From Eledone cirrhosa (Eukaryota), in the NCBI GenBank assembly GCA_964016885.1, contig OZ024740.1:423460001-423524000 (forward strand): a stretch of DNA of 64,000 nucleotides, given 5' to 3'. Made by a program: the position numbers and the translations under genes. Positions within the stretch are counted from its first letter, which is position 1, and the number at the start of each line of letters is the position of its first letter. The notes below the pieces were generated by a model. The model did no database searches and was not told the origin of the DNA. It saw only the letters and a list, made by a program, of their open reading frames with translations. Below, piece by piece: positions 52,190 through 64,000 of the stretch.

Positions 52190-55100
52190 AATACTACCTC
52201 TACCACCCCTTTAACCACCCTACTAAATACAATAGTACCTCTACCACCCCTTTACTCATCCTACTAAATACAATAGTACCTCTACCACCCCTTTACTCAT
52301 CCTACTAAATACAATAGTACCTCTACCACCGCTTTACCCACACTACTAAATACAATAGTACCTGTACCACCCCTTTACCTACCCTACTAAATACAATAGT
52401 ACCTCTACCACCCCTTTACTCATCCTACTAAATACTATACTACCTCTACCACCCCTTTATCCACCCTACTAAATACAATACTACCTCTACCACCCCTTTA
52501 CCCATCCTACTAAATACAATAGTACCTCTACCACCCCTTTACTCATCCTACTAAATACAATAGTACCTCTACCACCGCTTTACCCACACTACTAAATACA
52601 ATAGTACCTCTACCACCCCTTTACGCACACTACTAAATACTATACTACCTCTACCACCCCTTTACCCACCCTACTAAATACAATACTACCTCTACCACCC
52701 CTTTACCCATCCTACTAAATACAATAGTACCTCTACCACCCCTTTACCCACCCTACTAAATACAATAGTACCTCTACCACCCCTTTACTCATCCTACTAA
52801 ATACAATAGTACCTCTACCACCCCTTCACCCACCCTTCTAAATACAATAGTACCTCTACCACCCATTTACCCATCCTACTAAATACAATAGTACCTCTAC
52901 CACCCCTTTACCCACCCTACTAAATACAATAGTACCTCTACCACCCCTTCACCCACCCTACTAAATACAATAGTACCTCTACCACCACTTTGCCCACCCT
53001 ACTAAATACAATAGTACCTCTACTACCCCTTTACCCATCCTACTAAATACAATAGTACCTCTACCACCCCTTTACCCACCCTACTAAATACAATAGTACC
53101 TCTACCACCCCTTTACCCATCCTACTAAATACAATAGTACCTCTACTACCCCTTTACCCATCCTACTAAATACAATAGTACCTCTACCACCACCCTACCG
53201 ACCCTACTAAATACAATAGTACCTCTACCACCCCTTTACTCATCCTACTAAATACAATAGTACCTCTACCACCACCCTACCGACCCTACTAAATACAATA
53301 GTACCTCTACCACCCCTTTACCCACCCTACTAAATACAATAGTACGTCTACTACCCCTTTACCCATCCTACTAAATACAATAGTACCTCTACCACCACCC
53401 TACCCACCCTACTAAATACAATAGTACCTCTACCACCCCTTTACTCATCCTACTAAATACAATAGTACCTCTACCACCACCATACCCACCCTACTAAATA
53501 CAATAGTACCTCTACCACCCCTTTACCCACCCTACTAAATATAATAGTACATCTACCACTCCTTTACCCACCCTACTAAATACAATAGTACCTCTACCAC
53601 CCATTTACCCATCCTACTAAATACAATAGTACCTCTACCACCCCTTTACCCACCCTACTAAATATAATAGTACATCTACCACCACTTTACCCACCCTACT
53701 AAATACAATAGTACCTCTACCACCACTTTACCCACACGACTAAATACAATAGTACCTTTACCACCACCCTACCGACCCTACTAAATACAATAGTACCTCT
53801 ACCACCCCTTTACCCACCCTACTAAATATAATAGTACATCTACCACCACTTTACCCATCCTACTAAATACAATAGTACCTCTACCACCACCCTACCGACC
53901 CTACTAAATACAATAGTACCTCTACTACCTCTTTACCCACCCTACTTAATACAATAGTACCCCTACCACCCCTTTACCTATCCTACTAAATACAATAGTA
54001 CCTCTACCACCCCTTTACCCACCCTACTAAATACAATAGTACCTCTACCACCCCTTTACCCATCCAACTAAATACAATAGTACTTCTACCACCACCCCTT
54101 TACCCACCCTACTAAATACAATAGTACCTCTACCACCACTTTACCCACCCCACTAAATACAATAGTTCCTCTACCACCACTTTACCCACCGCACTAAATA
54201 CAATAGTACCTCTTCCACCACTTTGCCCACCCCACTAAATACAATAGTACCTCTACCACCACTTTACCCATCGCACTAAATACAATAGTACCTCTACCAC
54301 CATTTACCCACCGTACTAAATACAATAGTACCTCTACCAGCACTTTACCCATCCTACTAAATACAATAGTACCTCTACCACCACTTTTCCCACCCCACTA
54401 AATACAATAGTACCTCTACCACCACTTTACCCACCGCACTAAATACAATAGTACCTCTACCACCACATTTCCCACCCCACTAAATACAATAGTACCTCTA
54501 CCACCACTTTTCCCACCCCACTAAATACAATAGTACCTCTACCACCCCTTTACCCACCCTACTAAATACAATAGTACCTTTACCACGACCCTACCCACCG
54601 CACTAAATACAATAGTACCCCTACCACCACTTTTCCCACCCCACTTAATACAATAGTACCTCTACCACCACGTTACCCACCCCACTAAATACAATAGTAC
54701 CTCTACCACCACTTTACCCACCCTACTAAATACAATAGTACCTCTACCACCACGTTACCCATCCTACTAAATACAATAGTATCTCTACCACCACTTTGCC
54801 CCCCTACTAAATACAATAGTACCTCTACCACCACTTTGCCCACCCTACTAAATACAATAGTACCTCTACCACCACTTTGCCCCCCTACTAAATACAATAG
54901 TACCTCTACCACCACTTTACCCATCCTACTAAATACAATAGTACCTCTACCACCCCTTTACCCTCCCTACTAAATACAATAGTACCTCTACCACCACTTT
55001 ACCCATCCTACTAAATACAATAGTATCTCTACCACCACTTTGCCCATCTTACTAAATACAATAGTACCTCTACCACCACTTTGCCCACCCTACTAAATAC

Positions 55101-55554
55101 AATAGTACCTCTACCACCACTTTGCCCACCCTACTAAATACAATAGTACCTCTACCACCACTTTGCCCACCCTACTAAATACAATAGTACCTCTACCACC
55201 ACTTTGCCCACCCTACTAAATACAATAGTACCTCTACCACCACTTTGCCCACCCTACTAAATACAATAGTATCTCTACCACCACTTTGCCCATCTTACTA
55301 AATACAATAGTACCTCTACCACCCCTTTACCCTCCCTACTAAATACAATAGTACCTCTACCACCACTTTACCCATCCTACTAAATACAATAGTACCTCTA
55401 CCACCACTTTGCCCACCCTACTAAATACAATAGTACCTCTACCACCACTTTGCCCACCCTACTAAATACAATAGTACCTCTACCACCACTTTGCCCACCC
55501 TACTAAATACAATAGTACCTCTACCACCACTTTGCCCACCCTATAAAATACAAT
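52190..55554. repeat. 41-bp satellite, about 80 units
   Basis: Unit CTACTAAATACAATAGTACCTCTACCACC(C/A)CTTT(A/G)CCCACC. Confidence 0.97.
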
Positions 55555-55765
55555 CGAACTTCTCCCTTATACTATTAGTAGACAACACTAATTAAGAATA
55601 TTAACATCAGAAAATACATACATATTTACGTACGTACATACATACATACATATATTATTCATACGTACATACATATATTATTCATACGTACATACATACA
55701 TATATACATTCATACACACATACACACACACATACATACATACATACACACATACATACATACAT

Positions 55766-55968
55766 GGTGGCTGCCAACTCGTTTTCGAGTACGGCCACTA
55801 CTTTATATCCATGTAGGAGAACCCCTACCGATGCGCTGAACGAGTGTGACTTTTTAGTCCAGCCAGCGACTTGAAAACTCTGGTACAAACACTACACTTG
55901 TGACAATTATTGACACATAGTGCTGGGCCCATGGTACCATGTGAGGACAAGTGCAGAGAGATCTCCAG
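55766..55968 (-). mobile_element. 5'-truncated family C copy
   Basis: Inverse match to 50888-51091. Confidence 0.85.
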
Positions 55969-55983
55969 CATACATACACACAT

Positions 55984-58900
55984 TACCCAAGCTGTGAATA
56001 ACTTTAAATTTGATTCTGACAGAACTTTGTCGTAACTTTTAAAGAAGATCATCGACTAATTTGAAAAATAAATACGAAATATTAGTGAATAGACGAACTC
56101 ATCATGGTAAAAAGTACAAGTCTCCTTCGACCAAATCGCAACTACAATCGTTTTACACAGTGGAGCTACGAGCTTAACAAAGTATTATATGAAGCATACA
56201 AACAATCTGAACCCCAAAAGTTCAGTTTTATGCAAAGGCTAAAAACTTTATGGACCTCCAAACACCCAGAATTAGACTTTTCTCCAAAGCATCTAAATGA
56301 ACAGACAAAACGTATCATTAGATGTAAATTGATACATCTAACGGAATTGAGTGATACTACAAATACAGCCCTTGTAGACAACCACCCCACCTCCACTGAC
56401 AGACAAAGAGAATGGCCAGCTAAATCTAACAGTGAACAGCTCACCAACAATTTTGCTGAAATCCATCCCACTTCCACTGAAGAACAGCGAGAAAGGTCAG
56501 CTAACTCTAGTAGTAATTGTCACCACATCAACAACGAATCTGAAATTCATGACTCTACTGAACAAACAGAGCACCAAAAACTTGTGGGCACCCTACAAGT
56601 GATATGGAACGATATGTTTCAAGAGATACACAGCCTTAATGTGAGTGACAGACCATACAACACTAGAGTCAGTAAAGAACCCACTAAATTGGAATTGGAA
56701 GCGGTGAACGAAATAGCTGGCAATTATCTGAAGGCTATACGATCTAAAGGTGTAGAAACGACATTTGAAACGCTTAATGTTTTGTTATATGTTTCAGCTG
56801 TCACATTGCTATCATATAACACACATCTAAAACCACGCAATCAAGATACAAACAGAAAGCCTGAACCAGCGTGGATGCGAAATTTAAAAACCAAAATTTT
56901 GTCCCTGAGACGAAGTATCTCACACATCGCAGTCGTTATGAAATGCAACATAGAGAGCAACTTCACACGACACCAGGAAGACCTAAAGAAAAAGTTAGAG
57001 AGACGATTTGGAGATACAAAATTTAAAACTTTGAACTCCAAATTACACCAGTTGAAACAACAACTCACAGCTACAACAGAAAGACTAAAATATAAGTCAA
57101 CAGCACATAAACGACAAGTGCTAAATAGATTGTTTGCCAGAGATACTAAATCAGTTTATCGCAGCTTAGGTGGCAAAAGCTCAATCCCTGTAAACGACAC
57201 CCCTTCAAAAGAACAGGTTGAGAGCTACTGGAGATCTGTATGGGAAACGGATGACGGATTCAACAGACAAGCTAATTGGCTAAAAGAACTGGAACAGGAC
57301 TACTGCCAACATGTCCAGACAAAACAATATGACATAGATGGGTCAATACTGGAAACAGCTCTACAGAAAATGTAGAATAGGAAATCGCCAGGCCCAGACC
57401 TCATTACAGGATACTGGTTGAAGAATTTCACTTTCTATCGGCAAGATCTCATACGGCTGTTTACAGAAACCATTAAGGGCACACAAGAACTGCCCAGATG
57501 GTTATCAACTGCCACTACTCTCCTCATTCCCAAAAATAGCCAAACCACCCTTGCTAAAAATTACCGCCCAATTGCCTGCCAAAACATCATGCATAAATTA
57601 TATACTGGGTGCCTTAACCTGTTCTTACAGGATCACTGTGCTACCAACAACATCATAACACCTGAGCAAGCTGGTGGAAAAAGGGAGGTGTGGGGTTGCA
57701 TAGATCACCTACTAACTAACAAAATGATTCAGGAAAAAACAACAAAGAATCGCAGAAACATGACTGTCGTGTGGCTGGACTATCAAAAGGCATTCGATAG
57801 TGTACCTCATGGGTGGATTATTAAGGCTTTACAGTTAGCTAAAGTCCCACAACCATTGGTAGCTGCTGTTGAACGCCTGACCAAGAACTGGTACACCAAT
57901 TTGATCCTTAGAGGTGAGAAGGAGCAGGTTAAGACTGATAAGATACATTACCAGAAGGGCATCTTTCAGGGTGATAGCTTGTCAGTGCTATTCTTCGTTC
58001 TCTCACTAAATCCACTATCTTACCTACTCAGGAAACAAGGTGGACAAAGAAGTGGGCCCAGAAGTATCTCCCATCTTTTCTTTGTTGATGACCTGAAGTT
58101 GTATGGGCCAAATATCAATGACATCAAGAAACAATTGGACCTCATTACACAATTTTCAACCGACATCAAAATGAAATTTGGTGAGTCCAAGTGTGCATAT
58201 TTGGCAGTAAAACGTGGAAGAGCTGTGCCCTCCTCTAGAAATCTAGAGATGAACGGCCTGACAATACAACCTCTGCAGTCAGGTGGCAACTACAGATATC
58301 TTGGACAGGATGAGAATGTCAGATATGATGGACCCATAAATAAGGAGAGAACCAGAACTGAATACCTCAGAAGAGTAAAGAAAATATGGTCATCAGAACT
58401 GTCAGCATACAACAAATACATTGCCCACAATACTTATGCTGTGCCAATTCTAACGCCAACATTTGGCCTACTGAACTGGTCATTGCAAGAACTAAGTGAG
58501 ATGGATGTTAGAACTCGAAAACTTCTCAGTGTTACTGGGAACTTTAACATCAATGGTGATGTGGATAGGCTATACTTCTCACGCAAGGAAGGTGGCCGGG
58601 GTCTAAGATCAATATTAACAACATATGAGACCCGGATAGTAACACTGAAGCAACACCTTCAACAGAGGAAAAAGGTTGGCAACCATCTTGCCCAGGTTTA
58701 TGAGCATGAAAAAAGAAATATCATTAGAATAGCGACTGATCTGGAGGAGAGATATGGAATAAAGCCTGATATAAATCTCTCACCCACAGAAATCGGAAGA
58801 TCCTATTCAATGTTCAAACTAGATAAAAAAAATTGACCAATTTACAGAAAAGGTTGTGCATGGATACTTGAGGCGTAAAACACAGACCATAGAGGGGATA

Positions 58901-59695
58901 AACCACTCAAAAAGCCTGACATGGAGTTCCGACAAGTTTATGACATCACACCTTGAGGGATATCTCTATGAAATACAGGAACAAGAACTCCTTACCAAAT
59001 ATCTGCTGCACAAAAGAGGAGGGCCACCAGCTGACACTAAATGTAGGCTATGTAAAACAAAGATCGAGGATGTAAGCCACATTGTTGCCAGCTGCGAAAG
59101 AATGTCATCTCGCTACTACCTCCCCATGAGACACGATGGGATAGCTAGAACCATCTGGAACGCACTTCGGAAAACAAAATTAACAACAAACGAGGAAGAA
59201 TATATTGAGGCAGATGGCACTAAGGAATACTGGTGGAACCTGAAAATAAAAACTGCCACCAAATTAAAGCACAACCGGCCTGATATTGTAGTTTGGGACC
59301 ACACATTGAAAACGTGTTCTGTTGTGGAGATCAGCTGCCCACTTGATTTAAACGTTGTCAGAAAAATACAGGAGAAGGAGGACATCTACGGACCATTGAT
59401 GAGGAGTTTACAAATCCAGTATCCAAGATACACCTTTAGCTTCATACCCATCATTATTGGAGCTACGGGTTCTATACCAACCCGCTTGGACCAAAGTATG
59501 ACTGAACTTGGATTTGCGGACAAAAAGCGCAGCTCCCTAATTCATAGTCTACAAATGGCTGCGATAGCTGGCACCTTCAAAATTTGCAAAACATTCTTGC
59601 GATTCAAGGGATGACAATTTCTTTTCTTTTACAACCTTGCCACCAGGAAGGTGGCCGGTCAAAAAAATATACTCGAAATTAAGAGAAAGAGAAAA
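55984..59695 (+). mobile_element. Apparently full-length R4-like RLE non-LTR element (family B), in (CATA)n
   Basis: 5' UTR, single disrupted ORF, short 3' UTR, (CATA)n both sides. Confidence 0.9.
56104..59614 (+). pseudogene. R4-like polyprotein (N-terminal DNA-binding-like domain, RT, CCHC, RLE); stop at 57373-57375 and frameshift near 58830
   Basis: NYRPIACQN, LDYQKAFDSV, FFVDDLKLY, CRLC..HIVASC, RHD, HNRPDIVVW, EISCP. Confidence 0.9.
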
Positions 59696-59823
59696 CATAC
59701 ATACATACATACATACATACATACATACATACATACATACATACACGCATACATACATACATACATACATACATACATACATACATACATACATACATAC
59801 ATACATACATACATACACATACA

Positions 59824-59857
<34 letters not shown>

Positions 59858-59870
59858 CATACATACATAC

Positions 59871-60290
59871 ATGATATTGTTGTTTGGGACCACACATTGA
59901 AAACGTGTTCTGTTGTGGAGATCAGCTGCCCACTTGCCCAATGTAAACGTTGTAAGAAAAATACAGGAGAAGGAGGACATCTACGGACCATTGATGAGGA
60001 ATTTACAAATCCAGTATCCAAGATACACCTTTAGTTTCATACCCATCATTATTGGTGCTACGGGTTATATACCAACCCGCTTGGACCAAAGTATGACTGA
60101 ACTTGGATTTGCGGACAAAGAGCGCAGCTCCCTAATTCATAGTTTACAAATGGTTGCGATAGCTGGCACCTTCAACATTTGCAAAACATTCTTGCGATTC
60201 AAGGGGTGACAATTTATTTTCTTTTACAACCTTGCCACCAGGAAGGTGGCCGGTCAAAAAAATAGACTCGAAATTAAGAGAAAGAGATAA
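59871..60290 (+). mobile_element. Family B 3'-end copy
   Basis: Matches 59281-59695. Confidence 0.9.
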
Positions 60291-60906
60291 CATAATATGA
60301 AAGAGTACTGGTGGAATGTTCCAGTAAAAACCCCAATAAAATGCAGGCATAACAGACCAGATATTATGATACGAGACAGGGAGAAGAAAGCATGCACAGT
60401 AGTGGAAATTAGCTGCCCAGCAGATGCCAATATAATATCAAAGATTAGTGAAAAGGAGAATATTTATGCAGAACTGATGAGAAATCTGCAGATACTCCAC
60501 CCTGATTACACCTTCACATTTATGCCTGTGATTATTGGGGCACTGGGATATGTTAGTAACTGCCTCAATACAAATATTGAGAAGCTAGGCTTCACAGGAA
60601 CAGAAAGAACACAACTAGTTAGGAAATTACAAGTACAATCCATTAATGGAACAGTAAAAATATGTAAAACATTCCAAAAATGTTGCATCTAATAACTGCA
60701 TATACACATGTACAGATGCAAAACATATACACATGCACACATACAACTCAAAACATCCACATCCACACATACAATAACACCCATATCTACACATGCATGC
60801 ATACATACATATCTACCTAGTTGATGTTGTGTAATGAGAGAGTCTATGTTAGAAACCGAATCTCTCTCTATTGGTAAAACTTTGTGAACTTATAAAACCA
60901 GAAGAA
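60291..60906 (+). mobile_element. Family A 3'-end copy
   Basis: Inverse match to 44626-45261. Confidence 0.9.
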
Positions 60907-61432
60907 CATATATATATACATACATACGTTTAATGTTAAATAGATTTATTTCACCTTCATTGGGAAATTATTTTATCAGTATTTTAAAATACATTTTTTA
61001 ATCCAAGTAATTTTCAATACTAATCTACAACTATTACTACAAACGTTTTAAGGGCAAACTTCGTTGGCAGGTTTTTACTCATCGTGGGACCCTATTTGAG
61101 AGAAATGTTTCACAGTCAGGTGCACCAATCCTTTTGTCGCCTTTTATAACAAGCAGGGATACGGTGTACCTATTTTAAACCAGATAATAGAGAAATATTT
61201 ATATAATACTAAAACTCTCTTATGTATGTTTGTTAGTACCTTAAATATAGCTCAAATAGTCCATTGTAATCTAAACATACGCTTCCACCTAAGATAACTA
61301 ATACAAAGAATATATTTTCTTATATAAAACAACAGAGAATGGTTATTTTCAATATTTCTTCAAATGTGATGTCTTTAGAAATGCGTGTGTTCACAAACAA
61401 AACAGATACACATGACAATATATGTTGTTGTT

Positions 61433-61659
61433 GTCACAGCTCACACCTATGCAGGTTTAGCTGGCCTCCTCCAAGGTATATCTCGTTGGAGGTGTCTTGG
61501 GTAATTTAATGATATGGACCCCAGTCCTATCATCTCATTTCTACAGCTGAGTAAACTGGAGCAACGTGAAATAAAGTGTCTTGCTCAAGGAAACAACACA
61601 TCACCCGGTCCGAGAATTGAACTCACAACCTTTCGATTGCAAGCCCAATGCTCTAACCA
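61433..61659 (-). mobile_element. SINE family 2
   Basis: Inverse match to 37785-38012. Confidence 0.8.
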
Positions 61660-62607
61660 ATATATGCACATATATATATATACATAGATTCACGCAAACG
61701 TTCGTACATACATACACATACTTACATACGTACAAGCAATACGGAGACACGCATATACAAACACATATGTAACAACGTACGCGTTCACATAGACAAATAA
61801 AGAAGGAATCAGTGTGTGTGTGGGGGAGGGGGGTTAAGAGTGGGGGTGAATCAGTAATTTTTATAGTTTGATTTTTTACAAACCAGAATTAGTCGCTTAG
61901 TTTACATATTGAGACGTGAACCCATATTTATTTTATAATGTATCGAATTTCTAGTAATGTATTTTATTGTCGTATATCTTTTAATGTCTAAAGAAAAGCA
62001 ATTGTCACAGGAATGCTACCACTTAAAATAAAATTTGCTGGAGGTAGATTAGCAAAAATTAATAAGTGTGTGTGTGTGGGGGGGGGGGGGGTCTGAACAA
62101 ATTAATAAGCTGGGGGAACGATTATTGGAGACCCAAGAGTAGACACATTAGCAGGACATACACTATCTGAAATACACTCTCTGAAATACACTTCGCATAA
62201 ACATACACACACACACACACACAACAGGATACGGCGAAAACTAAAAGAGAACAGTGCAATTAAGAGAACAACCAAGAAGTCTCTACATGGTCGGTTGACC
62301 TGCTAGAAATAACAGCTAAATTCCCTCAAATCATACCCTTCCATTTAAAACAAACAAAAACACATCAACAACAGCATAAAACGCCACATTAAACAATATA
62401 ACTGTGTTTTATATAGAAACAGATGGAGTGATCACGGCTGGAGGGCTTTCGATTAGATGTCTGCTCAACCAGTGGTAAACTGGGGATCAAACAACAACAA
62501 CGAAATGATCAATGAAGAATCGATGAAGCCCGTTAGTAAGTGTTTGAGCTGCTAGAAATAACAGCCAAGTGTTCTCAAATGGGTAAATGGTAAAGACCTC
62601 CTTCGAT

Positions 62608-62905
62608 CACGAACGACCAAGGAATTTACACCTAGAAAGTTCCTCTCCAAGGCACAAGTCCCGGCAAGGTGTGTTTGTAGAAGACCCGCAGTCTCCCATG
62701 TATATCAGTTTCCCCTCTCCATGCCACCAATGTTGTCTGGGGGAAGGCAATGGCCGATAGAGCTTAACACCAGTGACATCGCAACTCATTTCTACAGCTG
62801 AGTAAACTGGAGCAACGTGAAATAAAGTGTCTTGCTCAAGAACATAACGCAAATCAAACTCGCAACCTCACGATTGTAAGCCGGACGCTCCAGCCACTGA
62901 GCTAT
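62608..62905 (-). mobile_element. SINE sharing the family 2 core but with a different 3' part
   Basis: Shared CTCATTTCTACAGCTGAGTAAACTGGAGCAACGTGAAATAAAGTGTCTTGCTCAAG; unrelated sequence at 62608-62784. Confidence 0.7.
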
Positions 62906-63196
62906 GTACCGTCAAATGACACTATATAACTCATGAAGTCAAGAAGATAAATGGGAAATGTTAAAATCGATGAAAAGTCTCAAACTGGTGGTGACAAAAT
63001 AAATAAAATTAAATTAAAACAATAAAATATAATTCAAAAACGTTCGTTTTATTCTTTGTCTGCATCAAGATTGTTAAGTTTGGTATAATTTTAAAACTCT
63101 GTCTGGAATATTAAATTACTGTGAAATGCTATTGGCTTTTTAAAATGTTTTAAACGAATATTTAAAAAAATAACGAATCGACTATTATTACTATTC

Positions 63197-63390
63197 GAGA
63201 TTAGCAGTATCGGTAGAGAGTCGGACGCCATACTTTCCAGCATAGTTACGTCCCTTTGCGGTCTGAGTTCAACTTTACCTTTCCCGTCGAGGTTAACTTT
63301 ACCTTTCATCCTTATGGGGTCGATAAAATAAAGTACCAGTAATGTACTGGGTATTTGATGGCCTTGTGCCAGAAGTAGAAACAATTATTA
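63197..63390 (+). mobile_element. SINE family 1
   Basis: Similar to 11082-11278. Confidence 0.8.
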
Positions 63391-63673
63391 TTCGATATAA
63401 AACTCATGAATACATTTACGTATCCGCTGTGTTAGAGCGAAAAAACAAATTCTAATTTTGTTTTTAATTTTCGGCAAAGCCAGACGTAAGATCCTAGGTA
63501 TGCAAATTAGGTTAATCATTTTCAAGAATTCTGGTGAGTGAGAGTGAGAGTGAGAGAGCGAGAGAGAGAGAGCGAGAGAGAGATACACCATCTCGACAAG
63601 GGGCAATAAGGCAGAAACAACATTGTCGGCTGCTTCTCTCTGTCACCGCCAGAACAAAAGGATGATGATGGTC

Positions 63674-64000
63674 GTCTAAAACACATGGTGTAATGAGGCT
63701 GTCTACAACACATGGTGTAATGAGGCTGTCTACAACACATGGTGTAATGAGGCTGTCTACAACACATGGTGTAATGAGGCTGTCTACAACACATGGTGTA
63801 ATGAGGTCATCTACAACACATGGTGTAACGAGGCTGTCTACAACACATGGTGTAATGAGGTCATCTACAACACATGGTGTAATGAGGTCATCTACAACAC
63901 ATGGTGTAATGAGGTCATCTACAACACATGGTGTAATGAGGCTGTCTACAACACATGGTGTAATGAGGCTGTCTACAACGCATGGTGTAATGAGGTCATC
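63674..64000. repeat. 27-bp tandem array running off the window end
   Basis: Unit ACAACACATGGTGTAATGAGG(CTG/TCA)TCT, about 12 units. Confidence 0.95.

Noticed and set aside
62280-62580. Additional dispersed repeat (TGCTAGAAATAACAGC, also near 43728)
   Set aside because: Shared stretch too short to define boundaries or class
63470-63540. Host exon(s) suggested by GTATGC and GTGAGT donor-like sites; also 51351-51382
   Set aside because: Only short splice-like motifs, no recognisable coding sequence; needs RNA-seq

Overview
Eukaryotic, AT-rich, microsatellite-saturated DNA with no host gene that I can support. The SINE and LINE repertoire suggests an invertebrate such as a cephalopod mollusc (inference only). 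The window is a nest of decayed retroelements: CR1/L2-group LINEs, a Dong/R4 RLE element, a full-length Tx1/L1 element plus relics, several RTE/RTEX families, two further R4-like RLE elements, a full-length Gypsy element with matching 529-bp LTRs, Penelope-like elements (PLEs), two tRNA-derived SINE families and tandem arrays (40, 41, 30, 27 bp). Three things stand out. (1) About 18 type-I hammerhead ribozyme folds or half-folds from about 9 sequence families, mostly in inverted pLTR-like modules inside (TA)n. They include a repeated non-canonical CAGAAGA core, a U3-A8 covariant core, and a palindrome that folds back exactly at ribozyme stem II. (2) Apparent partitioning of microsatellite targets: Dong, Tx1 and a SINE in (TAA/ATT)n; two R4-like families and an RTE-derived element in (CATA)n; PLEs and Gypsy in (TA)n. 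(3) A SINE whose 3' end matches the Tx1 3' end. All folds and alignments were made by eye, nothing was computed or searched, and boundaries are approximate.
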